Shown here: one piece after another, positions 14,110-23,104 of the stretch
How the letters are laid out: the number at the start of each line of letters is the position of its first letter
Position numbering within the stretch: position 1 is the first letter of the stretch
NCBI GenBank assembly: GCA_965603035.1
Contig: CBFDBL010000002.1
Coordinates: 1-33,821 of the forward strand
Direction: 5' to 3'
Source of the DNA: an uncultured bacterium
Lineage (GTDB): Bacteria > Planctomycetota > PUPC01 > DSUN01
DNA length: 33,821 nucleotides
Position numbers and translations under genes: made by a program
Notes under the pieces: generated by a model
What the model was told of the DNA's origin: nothing
Databases searched by the model: none
What the model saw: only the letters and a program-made list of their open reading frames with translations

Positions 14110-15926
14110 GCCCACCACGCCGCGACCTCGCGGTCCACGAACGCCTCGGCGATGAACTCGAGGCTGACGAGGACGCCGAGGGCGCGGCGGCGGTTGGCCT
14201 CGCCTCGCCGATGCTCGTGCCAGAGCGCCCACATCGCGTCGGCCTCGACGAGGCCGCGGTCGGCCAGCCGGGTGAGCTGCTCGACGCACATCGCCTGGAA
14301 CGGCCCTGCCTCGCGCAGCAGCAGCGTCAGGTCCTGGCCGATGACGCGCCCGCGGCGCACCCGCTCCTCCTCGGCGCTGTGGAGCGGCAGCCGCCCGCCC
14401 GACCAGCGCTCGACGCGCTTGCGAGCCGACCGCGCCGCCCTCCGGCCGACGCGCGCCAGCCACCCCTCGAGCAGCGGACGCCCGTTCTCGTTGCGATTCG
14501 GCAGGGCGAACAGCCGCGGGAACCGACGGACCAGCATCCGACGATACAGCCGCTGGCCCGCCAGCCAGCGCATCGGCACGGCGAGCAGGAAGTCGAACAC
14601 GGCGTTGTCGAGGAAGGGCGAGAGGTAGCGGAACCGTTCCCGCACCTTGTGCACGAGCATGGTCGTGTAGGGCTGGAGCCTGGCGCCGAGGAACCAGGCG
14701 AGGGCGTAGGCGCCGACCCGCCGATGGTCGTTGCCCTCGTTGACCCGCGCCATGAGATCGACGGCCAGCTCGTCCCAGGCCTCGGGCCGCATGCCGCAGA
14801 GGCGGCCGACGACGTCGGACGGGATGCCCTGGTGGTGCTGCCGCACGAGCTCGAGTGCCGCGCGCTCGTCGGCGGGGCAGGGGTCCAGCGCGCGCGGGTG
14901 CACGACCATGCTGGTGATGCCGTCGCCGGCGAAGCCCGTGATGACGTGCTCGGAGAGATCGGCGAGCGCGTGCCAGTCGCTGAGGAAGCTCCAGAGCACG
15001 TCGGCGAGGCCGTCGCTGTCGCGCGCCTTGCGCAGGTACTCCGCCGCGTGGTCGTGGGGCGTCGAGAGGTCGATCGCCCGATGACGCACCCCCGCCGCCC
15101 GTGCGACCTGGCGGCCGATCTCGAAGTCGAAGGAGCCCGGCGTCCCGTACGTCACGGCCACCAGACGGTCGGCCGGCACGCACTCGAGCGCGGCGCCCAG
15201 CACGGCCCGCGAGTCGAGCCCGCCGCTCAGCGGCAGCAGCACGCGCCCCTTGCCCCGCAGACGCCGCTCGACCGCCGGCACCCACAGCGCGGCCAGCTCG
15301 CGCGCCGCCGCGTCGGGATCGTCCAGGTCGTCGCGGCGCTCGTCGAAGCGATAGCGCCAGTAGCGGCGGACCGTCTCTCCCGCCGCGTCGGCCTCCAGCG
15401 CGCTGCCGTGCGGCAGCAGCCGCACCCCGTCCGTCACCGTCCGATGGTCGAACAGCCAGCGGAAGGCGACCATCTCGGCCACCATCTCGCCGTCGAGCCG
15501 GGCCGGGAACCCGAGAGCGAGGAAGTCGCTCACGTGCGGGAAGAAGCACAGGCGGCCGTCCCGCGCGCCGTAGAAGCAGGGATACTGGCCGTGGCGGTCG
15601 GCGATCAGCCGCAGACGCCGCGCCCGCGCGTCGAAGGCCGTGATGTGGAACGAGCCGTTGAGGTCGGGCAGACGCTCGAGCCAGTCGGGCGCGGCGAGCA
15701 GCTCGTGCAGCGACGTCAGGTCGTCGCCCGAGCCGTCGGAGGCGGGCCAGACGTCCTGGACGTTGTAGATCTCGCCGAACAGGTAGAGGACCGAGTCGCC
15801 GCGGTGGCTCAGGGTCCCGCCGATGCAGCCTGGCCGCTCGAGCAGCACCAGGCCCGGACGCTGGTAGACGGCTCGGAAGCCGTCGGGGGCCGTCACCTCG
15901 CCTGTGGGATTGAAGATGCCGTACAC
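14076..15926 (-). CDS. Asparagine-synthetase-fold (PP-loop ATP pyrophosphatase) protein with Tyr in place of the glutaminase nucleophile Cys, paralog 1
   Basis: 616 aa. GTG start at 15926 with GAGGA 7 nt upstream. The N terminus is (M)YGIF, not MCGI. FGEIYNVQDV corresponds to the AsnB NGEIYN block. PP-loop LLPLSGGLDSRAVLGA. It lies 10 nt downstream of paralog 2, and its 3' end overlaps the TagF-like gene by 34 bp (convergent). Confidence 0.88.
   Translation of the reverse strand: MYGIFNPTGEVTAPDGFRAVYQRPGLVLLERPGCIGGTLSHRGDSVLYLFGEIYNVQDVWPASDGSGDDLTSLHELLAAPDWLERLPDLNGSFHITAFDARARRLRLIADRHGQYPCFYGARDGRLCFFPHVSDFLALGFPARLDGEMVAEMVAFRWLFDHRTVTDGVRLLPHGSALEADAAGETVRRYWRYRFDERRDDLDDPDAAARELAALWVPAVERRLRGKGRVLLPLSGGLDSRAVLGAALECVPADRLVAVTYGTPGSFDFEIGRQVARAAGVRHRAIDLSTPHDHAAEYLRKARDSDGLADVLWSFLSDWHALADLSEHVITGFAGDGITSMVVHPRALDPCPADERAALELVRQHHQGIPSDVVGRLCGMRPEAWDELAVDLMARVNEGNDHRRVGAYALAWFLGARLQPYTTMLVHKVRERFRYLSPFLDNAVFDFLLAVPMRWLAGQRLYRRMLVRRFPRLFALPNRNENGRPLLEGWLARVGRRAARSARKRVERWSGGRLPLHSAEEERVRRGRVIGQDLTLLLREAGPFQAMCVEQLTRLADRGLVEADAMWALWHEHRRGEANRRRALGVLVSLEFIAEAFVDREVAAWWAQAGGSSSSSR
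14146..14303 (-). repeat. 158-bp tract identical between the two AsnB-like paralogs (copy in paralog 1)
   Basis: By eye, 14146-14303 equals 15977-16134 base for base. The tract encodes FQAMCVEQLTRLADRGLVEADAMWALWHEHRRGEANRRRALGVLVSLEFIAE. The rest of the two genes is far more diverged. Confidence 0.9.
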
Positions 15927-15936
15927 GCGGCCGTCC

Positions 15937-17757
15937 TCACTGGGTTGCGGCCGGCCTCTCGCCGTCGAGGAAGGCTTCGGCGATGAACTCGAGGCTGACG
16001 AGGACGCCGAGGGCGCGGCGGCGGTTGGCCTCGCCTCGCCGATGCTCGTGCCAGAGCGCCCACATCGCGTCGGCCTCGACGAGGCCGCGGTCGGCCAGCC
16101 GGGTGAGCTGCTCGACGCACATCGCCTGGAACGGGCCTTCGACCCGCATCAGCGCCTCGTCGTCCATCCGCAGCACCCGGCCGCGCCGCCGCTTCTCACG
16201 TATGTCCCGATACGCGGGAATGAGGCCGCACGTGCCGTCCTCGACGATGCGCCGCACCGACCACGACAGGCGCTCCCACGTGCGCGACGGCCAGCTATCG
16301 AGCAACGGCCGACCGCCCAGACGCGCCGACGGAAGGCGGAAGAGACCCGGGAACCGACCGGCCAGCATCCGCCGGTAGAGCCGCTGGCCCACTCGCCACC
16401 CCAACGGCACCTGCATCGCCAGATCCACGTAGGCGTTGTCGAGGAACGGCAGCAGGTAGTTGAACCGCTCGCGGAGCAGGAAGGTCTGCTCCATGGTGAA
16501 CTTGATTTGGCGGTTCGGGAAGTCCCAGCACTTGACGTAGTTGGCGTTGAGGCGGTGGGGGTTCTCGCCGTTGGTCGCGACGACGACGTCGAGCGCCCGC
16601 TCCTCGGTCTGGGCGGGGTCGAGGCGGAGGAGCCGCGCCGTGATGTCGAAGGGCACCCACTGGCGCATGGCCAGGCCGGCGCGCAGCGCCTCGCGCTCGT
16701 CGGCGTGCCGCTCGGCCGTCGGGTGATCGGGCAGGAGCTGGCCGGAGAGGCAATCGCCCATGAAGCCGAGCAGCGCGTGGGGCGAGACGTCCAGCAGCGT
16801 CTCCCACTCGCTGGGGAAGGTGCGGACCACCTCGACTTGGCCGTCGGTGTCGATGGCCCGGCGGCGGAACTCGCGGCGGTAGTCCGTCGGCTGGCTCAAG
16901 TCGATCGTGCGGTGGGCCACCCCCGCGGCGGCGGCCACCTGGCAGCCGAGATCGAAGTCCAGCGAGCCCGGCGTCCCGTAGGTCACGGCCACGAGGTCGT
17001 CGGCACGCCTGCACTCGAGCAGCGCGCCGAGCAGCGCGCGGGAGTCGAAGCCGCCGCTGATCGGGCACACCAGCCGCTGCTTGCCCCGCACGCGGCGGGC
17101 CACCGAGGCGACGAGCAGATCCGCCATCTCCCGCGCCGTCGCGTCCAGGTCGTCCGGGCCGCCGCCGCTCTCGTCGAACCGCCACGCCCAGTAGCGGCGC
17201 TCGGTCAGCGCGCCGCCCCGAAGCTCCACCACCGTGCCGTAGGGCACGAGGAACACCCCGTCGAGCAGCGTCCTGTCGCCCAGCAGCCACTTGAAGGTGA
17301 GGAACTGGACGAGGAAGTCCTCGTCCAGCCGCGGCGCGAACCCCAGGCCGAGGAAGTGGTGGACGTGGGGGAAGAAGGCCAGGCGGCCGTCGCGGAACGC
17401 GTAGAAGCACTTGCGGCTCCCGTAGCGATCGGCGATCAGCCGCACCCGCCGCGCCGCGGGCTCGACGGCCACGAGGAAGAACGAGCCGTTGAGCCGCGGC
17501 AGCAGGTCGAGCGCGTCGGGGCTCGCGAGCAGCTCGCCGAGCGAGACCAGGTCGTCGCCCGAGCCGTCGGACGCGGGCCAGACGTCCTGCACGTTGTAGA
17601 GCTCGCCGAAGACATAGAGGATCGAGCCATCGCGCTCGGCGAGCCGCCCCTGCTGCGCCTCGGCCCCTCGGAGCAGCGCCACGCCTGGCGCCGAGAAGGC
17701 CGTCGCGAACCCGCGCGGCGCCGACACCTGCCCGCCGAACTCGACGATGCCGTACAC
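15937..17757 (-). CDS. Asparagine-synthetase-fold (PP-loop) protein with Tyr in place of the nucleophile Cys, paralog 2
   Basis: Track ORF 15937..17886. Start moved to GTG 17757, preceded by AGGAGG with a 5-nt spacer, giving (M)YGIVEFGG. FGELYNVQDV block. PP-loop VCPISGGFDSRALLGA. 606 aa. Confidence 0.85.
   Translation of the reverse strand: MYGIVEFGGQVSAPRGFATAFSAPGVALLRGAEAQQGRLAERDGSILYVFGELYNVQDVWPASDGSGDDLVSLGELLASPDALDLLPRLNGSFFLVAVEPAARRVRLIADRYGSRKCFYAFRDGRLAFFPHVHHFLGLGFAPRLDEDFLVQFLTFKWLLGDRTLLDGVFLVPYGTVVELRGGALTERRYWAWRFDESGGGPDDLDATAREMADLLVASVARRVRGKQRLVCPISGGFDSRALLGALLECRRADDLVAVTYGTPGSLDFDLGCQVAAAAGVAHRTIDLSQPTDYRREFRRRAIDTDGQVEVVRTFPSEWETLLDVSPHALLGFMGDCLSGQLLPDHPTAERHADEREALRAGLAMRQWVPFDITARLLRLDPAQTEERALDVVVATNGENPHRLNANYVKCWDFPNRQIKFTMEQTFLLRERFNYLLPFLDNAYVDLAMQVPLGWRVGQRLYRRMLAGRFPGLFRLPSARLGGRPLLDSWPSRTWERLSWSVRRIVEDGTCGLIPAYRDIREKRRRGRVLRMDDEALMRVEGPFQAMCVEQLTRLADRGLVEADAMWALWHEHRRGEANRRRALGVLVSLEFIAEAFLDGERPAATQ
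15977..16134 (-). repeat. 158-bp tract identical between the two AsnB-like paralogs (copy in paralog 2)
   Basis: Partner of 14146-14303, at an offset of 1,831 bp. Confidence 0.9.
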
Positions 17758-17790
17758 GAGAGCCTCCTGGGTGGCGGACGGGAGCCGGAG

Positions 17791-17808
17791 CTCGCCCCGA
17801 AGGGCGAG
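17791..17808 (-). other. Small stem-loop between malQ and the AsnB-like genes
   Basis: On the - strand this reads CTCGCCC-TTCG-GGGCGAG (7-bp stem, TTCG tetraloop). It sits in the 145-bp gap after the malQ stop. No U tract follows, so a terminator role is unproven. Confidence 0.3.
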
Positions 17809-17902
17809 ACTCCGAACAACCTGCCGCGCGTTTGGAGCCCACGCCTTCAGGCGCGAGTTGAGCTGCCGCAGGCCGGATCCCTGCAAGCTGTCCAGATAGC
17901 CC

Positions 17903-19453
17903 CTACGGCTCCTCGGGCTCGTAGCGCAGCGGCTCTTCCTCTTTCTTCTCTTCCTCAGGCAGTTCCTTGCGGCCGTAGGTGACGGCGAGGTCGAGCAGCC
18001 GGGCGGCGAGGTCCGGCTGGAGGGCGTCGGGCGCCGCGCGCCAGGCCCAGTTGCCGCCGAAGCGGCCCGGGGCGTTCATCCTGGCCTCGTTGCCGAGGCC
18101 CAGGAGGTCCTGGAGCGGGACGATGGCGACGTCGGCGACGGTGCGGTAGGCGGCGCGGGCGAGCGCCTGGTGGATGGGCTCGTCGGTCGGGCCGAGGTAG
18201 CGGGCCACGCTGGCCTTCTCGTCGGCGTCGCGGCTGGCGTGCCAGCCGACGGTCGTCTCGTTGTCGTGGGTGCCGGTGTAGGCCACGCAGTTGGCCTCGA
18301 GGTTGTGCGGCAGGTAGGTGTTGGCCGCGTCGTCGGCGAAGGCGAACTGGAGGACGACCATCCCCGGGAGCTGGAACTGCTTGCGGAGCTTGTGGACGTC
18401 GGGCGTGATGAGCCCGAGGTCCTCGGCGATGAGCGGCAGGTCGCCGAGCGCCGCCTCGAGCGCCTCGAAGAGCTTCGCCCCAGGTCCCTTGACCCATCGG
18501 CCGTTCTCCGCCGTGGCCTCGCCCGCGGGCACCTCCCAGTAGGCGGCGAAGCCGCGGAAGTGGTCGAGCCGCACGATGTCCACCGTCCGCAGCGTCTGCG
18601 CGATCCGCGCGACCCACCACGCGAAGCCGTGTTCCCCCATCCGCTTCCAGCGGTACAGCGGGTTGCCCCAGAGCTGGCCCGTCTTCGAGAAGTAGTCGGG
18701 CGGCACCCCCGCCACGACCGTCGGGCTGAGCGTCTCGTCGAGGAAGAAGAGCTCGGGGTGCTGCCAGACGTCGGCGCTGTCGTAGGCCACGAAGATCGGG
18801 ATGTCGCCGATGATCGCGATGCCGCGCTCGTTCGCGTAGCGCTTGAGGTCGGCCCACTGGCGGAAGAACTGCCACTGCGCGTAGCAGCGGGCGAAGACCT
18901 CCTCGGCGAGCCGGTCCCGCGCGTCGGCCAGCGCGTAGGGCTCGCGCGAGGCCAGCGGCCAGTCCCACGTGTTCCACACCGCGCCGCCGTGCTTGTCCTT
19001 GAGCGCCCGGAACAGGGCATAGGCGTCCAGCCAGTCGGCGTTCTCCGAGCAGAAGCGATCGAAGTCGGCACGCCGCTCGCCAGACCCCTGCTCGCCGAAG
19101 CGCTGCGCCGCGCGCGCCAGCACCGCCGTCTTGAACGCGATGACCGGCCCGAAGTCCACCCGATCGTCGGGGAACGCGGGCGCGCCGTCGAGCTCGGACG
19201 GCTCGACGTCCCCCTCCTCGGCCAGACGCCCCAGGTCGAGCAGCAGCGGGTTGCCGGCGAACGCCGAGAAGCAGGCATAGGGCGAGTCGCCGTAGCCCGT
19301 CGGCCCCAGCGGCAGGATCTGCCACAGCGACTGCCCCGCCTCGGCCAGGAAGTCGACGAACCGCCGCGCCGCCTCGCCCAGCTCCCCGATGCCGAACCGC
19401 CCGGGCAGCGACGTCGGATGAAGCAGGATGCCTGCTGACCGCTCAAAGCGCAT
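17903..19453 (-). CDS. malQ: 4-alpha-glucanotransferase (amylomaltase, GH77)
   Basis: Track ORF 17903..19972. Start moved to ATG 19453 (GGAAGGGG 6 nt upstream), giving MRFERSAGILLHPTSLPGRFGIGELG..SLWQILPLGPTGYGDSPYACFSAFAGNPLLLD. Also VRLDHFRGF, IAEDLG and YTGTHDN. These are all hallmark MalQ blocks. 516 aa. Confidence 0.92.
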   Translation of the reverse strand: MRFERSAGILLHPTSLPGRFGIGELGEAARRFVDFLAEAGQSLWQILPLGPTGYGDSPYACFSAFAGNPLLLDLGRLAEEGDVEPSELDGAPAFPDDRVDFGPVIAFKTAVLARAAQRFGEQGSGERRADFDRFCSENADWLDAYALFRALKDKHGGAVWNTWDWPLASREPYALADARDRLAEEVFARCYAQWQFFRQWADLKRYANERGIAIIGDIPIFVAYDSADVWQHPELFFLDETLSPTVVAGVPPDYFSKTGQLWGNPLYRWKRMGEHGFAWWVARIAQTLRTVDIVRLDHFRGFAAYWEVPAGEATAENGRWVKGPGAKLFEALEAALGDLPLIAEDLGLITPDVHKLRKQFQLPGMVVLQFAFADDAANTYLPHNLEANCVAYTGTHDNETTVGWHASRDADEKASVARYLGPTDEPIHQALARAAYRTVADVAIVPLQDLLGLGNEARMNAPGRFGGNWAWRAAPDALQPDLAARLLDLAVTYGRKELPEEEKKEEEPLRYEPEEP

Positions 19454-19624
19454 GTCTGACCCCTTCCGTGGTGTCGCCGCCGAGTATAGCAGGAAAGGCG
19501 CACCCCTCCAAGCCTCCTTCAGCCGCTCGTCACCGCCCCCCTGTGCGCTCGTCCCCGTGCTCCCGCGCGGGGGCGGGATCTTCGACGCTCCGCGTCGCCC
19601 CGCGGCCACAATCCGCGATTCGCC

Positions 19625-19652
19625 TTGACATCCCGTTGTGGCGGGGCATACT
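19625..19652 (+). promoter_or_regulatory. Candidate promoter of the OstA-like / HEAT-repeat gene pair
   Basis: TTGACA (19625-19630), a 16-nt spacer, then CATACT (19647-19652), 40 nt before ATG 19692. Confidence 0.35.
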
Positions 19653-19691
19653 GGGCCACGTCCCGCCTCAAGTGCAGCGGAGGGTAAGCTC

Positions 19692-20384
19692 ATGGACGCC
19701 AGGCTCGATGGATGGGCGATGCTGGCCCTTGCTGCCGCGATGGCCTGCGTTGCACTGGGCGCCTCTGCGGCAGAGAAGGCGCCGGACCCGAAGCGCCAGA
19801 CCGTCGTAGAGGGTGAGGTCCCCATCCAGGCGGACCGTTTCGAGCGGGACCCCGAGACCAGGCGGCTCGTCGGCGAGGGACACGTCCTCGCCGTCTGGGA
19901 CAGGCAGCGGGTGGAATGCGAGAGGATGGAGTGGCTGCCGCCCGAGAAGCCCGAGGGAAGCGGGCGTTTCATCTACGAGGGCAACGTCCGCATCACGATC
20001 AAGCCCAAGGAACCGAAGCGCGCCAAGCCAGGACGGAAGAAGCCCAAGGGATGGCGCGGGACGTGTGGAACAGCGGAGTACGATCCGGCCACCGACCGAA
20101 TCGAGATGAAGAAGGGCAAGGCACCCCAGCGCCCGAGGCTCTGGCGCGGCAAGACCTACGGCGAAGCCGACACGATCGTCTTCATCCCGGGACAGGGTGC
20201 ATTCGAGCTCATAGGCGCTCCCACCGTCCACGGAGGCACAATGTGGGGCCTCGCGGGCGTTGGTCCGTCGCTCATCAAGGCACTCGAAGAGAAGGCCAAA
20301 GAGCAACTCAGGCGGCCACGCGACGGGCCGAAGCCTTCCACAGAGGACGCCACGGAGCCGCCGCGCCAGCCGCCCCAACCCTGA
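19692..20384 (+). CDS. Secreted protein with OstA/LptA-like N-terminal region and Lys/Pro-rich segments
   Basis: In frame with track ORF 19638..20384. Start at ATG 19692 (GGAGGG 7 nt upstream). Signal peptide WAMLALAAAMACVALGASAAE. IQADRFERDPETRRLVGEGHVLAVWDRQRVECERMEW and CGTAEYDPATDRIEMKKG..GEADTIVF resemble the repeated A.....D......G.V pattern of OstA-like domains. The functional call is weak. Confidence 0.65.
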   Translation: MDARLDGWAMLALAAAMACVALGASAAEKAPDPKRQTVVEGEVPIQADRFERDPETRRLVGEGHVLAVWDRQRVECERMEWLPPEKPEGSGRFIYEGNVRITIKPKEPKRAKPGRKKPKGWRGTCGTAEYDPATDRIEMKKGKAPQRPRLWRGKTYGEADTIVFIPGQGAFELIGAPTVHGGTMWGLAGVGPSLIKALEEKAKEQLRRPRDGPKPSTEDATEPPRQPPQP

Positions 20385-20473
20385 TCCTGTGGCTTCCCAG
20401 CGGTTCTCTCCGTCCCACGCGGTGGCTTGGGGGAGGGCGGGAACTGCTCAGGGGCCATCAGCCGTCCTTCCCG

Positions 20474-21844
20474 TTGTCGGGGGCGAGCGACATCAGGCCA
20501 GATGATCTCAGGTCCGAGAACCTCCGCGGCGCGCCCGTCGGTGTGCTCGTCTGTGCGAGCGTCCACCACAACGGCCATGTCCGCGAGGCGGCCGTGCGGG
20601 AGCTGGCGCGGGTGGACACCGGGGAGGAGTTGCCGTCGCTCCTGGCTCGGCGCAACGACTGGGTGCCGGAGGTCCGTGCCGCAGCGGCCGAGGCCCTCGA
20701 CCAGCGGCTGCGGCCCGACTACGCACGCCATTTCCTCGACTGCGTCCCCGACGTGCTTCGGCTTCGGGGCTGCCGGCGGGACGATCACAGCGCCTTCGTC
20801 GAGCGCGTGCGCTCGTTGCTGAGGCGGGCGGAGTGCCGCTCGGAGCTGGTCGCGGCGCTCACAGCGGGGGAGGCTCTCGTCCAGCGCGAATGCGTGCGCC
20901 TGCTGCTGGAGATCGATGCGCTGCCGCCCGAACGGCTGGCGAAGCTGGTGCTCGAGCCGAGCGACCCCCTGGCCCGTGCCGCGGGCGTGCGCGAGGCCTG
21001 CGCGCGGCTCGGCGACGGGGAGCTGGGGGCCTGGCTGCTGCGCTTGCTCGGCGACCGGTTCGTGCGCGTGCGGCGGGAGGCGCTTGATGCAGGGGCATCC
21101 AGGGCCATTCCAGCGTCCGAGGCAGCTCTGGAGGACGCCCTGCTGGACCCGCACCGGACGCTTCGCGCCGTCGCCCAGTACCACTTGCGTCGGCGGGGCA
21201 TGACCCGCGAGGAGATCGCCGAGCGGTGCCGCGCTGCCCTGCGCGCCAACCAGCCGAGGCAGTGGGTCGGCGCGCTGGAAGAGCTCGGGCACCTCGGGTC
21301 GAGCGACGATTGCGACCTCATCCGCGGCTTCCTGAGCCACGACCGCTCGAGGGTGCAGCGGGCGGCTCTCCGCGCTCTCTGGCGCCTGGCGCCCGAGGCC
21401 CACGCCAACCTCGTGCAGCGACGCCTCGGCGACGAGCAGCCCGGGGTGGCCAAAGAGGCGAGCTGGTGTCTCGCCGAGAGGCCGGGGCTGCTCGACCCCG
21501 AATGGCTGATCGAGCTCTTCGGGCGCTCGCAGGAGCGGCGCACGCGGCTCATCGTCGTGAGCCTGCTGGGCGAGCTCAGGAAGTGGGACAGCCTTCTCCA
21601 CCTTCTCCGCGCCATCGACCTGGCCGCCGAGGACGAGCGGCCAGACGTGCAGGCGCCCCTCGAGCAGTGGATGGCCTGCGCCAACCGCTCCTTCGTCCCA
21701 CCGACCCCGGCACAAAGATCTACGATCCGCTGCCTGCTGAACGCCCTGGCGGCCCGCGGCGACTCGGAACTCGCCGGGAGGCTGCGCTTCCACCTGCCTG
21801 CTCCGCCGCCCGCAGACGCCCGCCGGGCGCAATCCGGGCCCTGA
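20474..21844 (+). CDS. HEAT-repeat protein
   Basis: 3' part of track ORF 19916..21844; the upstream part overlaps the OstA-like gene out of frame. It is Leu/Ala/Arg/Glu-rich, with recurring helical-hairpin units of the type H.N..VR.AAV.ELARV, D.VPEVRAAAAEALD, D.F.RVRREALDA and HDRSRVQRAALRAL. No in-frame ATG lies near the 5' end. TTG 20474 was chosen, GTG 20543 is an alternative, and neither has a clear SD. Confidence 0.6.
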   Translation: MSGASDIRPDDLRSENLRGAPVGVLVCASVHHNGHVREAAVRELARVDTGEELPSLLARRNDWVPEVRAAAAEALDQRLRPDYARHFLDCVPDVLRLRGCRRDDHSAFVERVRSLLRRAECRSELVAALTAGEALVQRECVRLLLEIDALPPERLAKLVLEPSDPLARAAGVREACARLGDGELGAWLLRLLGDRFVRVRREALDAGASRAIPASEAALEDALLDPHRTLRAVAQYHLRRRGMTREEIAERCRAALRANQPRQWVGALEELGHLGSSDDCDLIRGFLSHDRSRVQRAALRALWRLAPEAHANLVQRRLGDEQPGVAKEASWCLAERPGLLDPEWLIELFGRSQERRTRLIVVSLLGELRKWDSLLHLLRAIDLAAEDERPDVQAPLEQWMACANRSFVPPTPAQRSTIRCLLNALAARGDSELAGRLRFHLPAPPPADARRAQSGP

Positions 21845-22157
21845 GGGCACGCTCCTGAGCTTTCGGGACGGTGCTGCGCCTGCCTGCCGGCCGCGCCGCG
21901 CGCGGGTGAGGCGTCCGCGACCGGGCAAGTGTCCCTGTACACAGCTTGCCCGTAGAGCCCCGTATACGCCCCGTAGAGCGACGTTTGCGCCGAAGGTATC
22001 CTGGGTCGCGCAATGCCTCCGGCACGCCTAGGATTGGATTCTGGCGTGTCTGGTTTTTCGGACTTGTAAGCATATATGTTCCAAAGGCTTACGGAGGGCC
22101 CGATCGTCCGTCCGGAGCCCGGATCGACGTAAGTCAAGGTTCTCGATCCACGGCGCA

Positions 22158-22178
22158 GCGCCCCGCCAAGCGGGGCGC
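22158..22178. other. Perfect 9-bp GC hairpin in the long noncoding gap
   Basis: GCGCCCCGC (22158-22166), loop CAA, GCGGGGCGC (22170-22178). No U tract on either strand. Confidence 0.4.
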
Positions 22179-22609
22179 CAGCCCCCGGCGCGACGCGACC
22201 GGAGCCCTCGATCGCTGCGGTGGGCGCTCAGGCCACTTGGGGTGGAATTGCAGTAACCGTTCAGGTGGTCAGGCCAGGAGGGCGTGTTGCCCAAAGGAGA
22301 CCTGCGGCCCGAACGGCCACGCAAGGTGCTCTTCCTGCTGGAAGAGGCGGGCGATTCCGTCGAGTTTCTGCCCATCCGTGAGATCATGGCCCCCAACTGG
22401 CGTTTGGGCAACACGCCCGGGAGCGCCACCGAGCCGAGCGCCCGCCGCCGTCTCGCGTCACGCCATTTGCGGCAGGGGCAACTGCCGGGGGGCTGCATGC
22501 ACAGCCCCTCGCTGCGAGGGGGAGCCGCAGAATGGCTTGCCCCTCGCGTCGGCGGGCTGGGCGCACACCCTCCGTCGCAGGGAAGAACAGGGCTGGCGCG
22601 CTATCATGT

Positions 22610-22623
22610 CATTTGCGCAAATG
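22610..22623. promoter_or_regulatory. 14-bp perfect palindrome CATTTGCGCAAATG, copy 1
   Basis: The sequence equals its own reverse complement and is AT-rich relative to its surroundings. It sits at the same position in every repeat unit. Confidence 0.5.
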
Positions 22624-22774
22624 CCCAAACCACCGCGAGGGGCGCCGCGCCGCTCTGCCGCCGACCCGGGCAGCGTGGCATGGCTTGCTGGGGCCTCGCG
22701 GCTCGGCACGATGGGGGCGGCGTCCGGCAGACACCTGGCGCCTGGCGAGCCCATGCGGGAGCGCGCTATCATGC

Positions 22775-22788
22775 CATTTGCGCAAATG
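22775..22788. promoter_or_regulatory. 14-bp perfect palindrome CATTTGCGCAAATG, copy 2
   Basis: Identical to copy 1, 165 bp downstream. Confidence 0.5.
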
Positions 22789-22939
22789 CAGGAATACCCG
22801 CGAGGGGCGCCGCGCCACTTTGCCGCCGACTCGGGCGGCGCGGCACAGCTTGCTGTGGCCTCGCGTCTCGGCACGACGGCGGTGGCGTCCCGGCAACACC
22901 TGGCGTCTGGGGAGCCCATGTGGCGGCGCGGTATCATGT

Positions 22940-22953
22940 CATTTGCGCAAATG
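22940..22953. promoter_or_regulatory. 14-bp perfect palindrome CATTTGCGCAAATG, copy 3
   Basis: Identical to copy 1, 330 bp downstream. Confidence 0.5.
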
Positions 22954-23104
22954 CGACGATAACCGCGAGCCGCGCCGCGCCACTTTGCCGCCGACCCGGG
23001 CAGCGTGGCATGGCCTGCTGGGGCCTCCCGGCTGGCCACGAAGGGAGCAGCGCCCTGGAGAGAGCCGGCGTGGGGCGAGTCCGTGTGGCGCTGGGTTATC
23101 ATGC

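Noticed and set aside
12880-17982. Long alternative-frame ORFs over the TagF-like and AsnB-like genes (12880..15549 on the - strand, 12906..15986 on the + strand, 15904..17982 on the + strand, 16295..17842 on the - strand)
   Set aside because: They have Arg/Pro/Gly/Ala low-complexity translations without motifs. The chosen frames carry Glyphos_transf-like and PP-loop/AsnB blocks and strong SD sequences.
22230-22310. B12-box-like string GGAGACCTGC (22296-22305), with nearby CCACTTGG and GGTGGAAT, reminiscent of a cobalamin riboswitch
   Set aside because: The other conserved cobalamin-riboswitch core elements are not present in the canonical order: the GCAGCCCCCGC-like string lies upstream at about 22178, before the GGTG element rather than after it. 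A 10-mer match is not very improbable in 68 kb of two-strand sequence. The next gene is about 1 kb away and is a sulfatase with no B12 link. A cmsearch with RF00174 would settle it.
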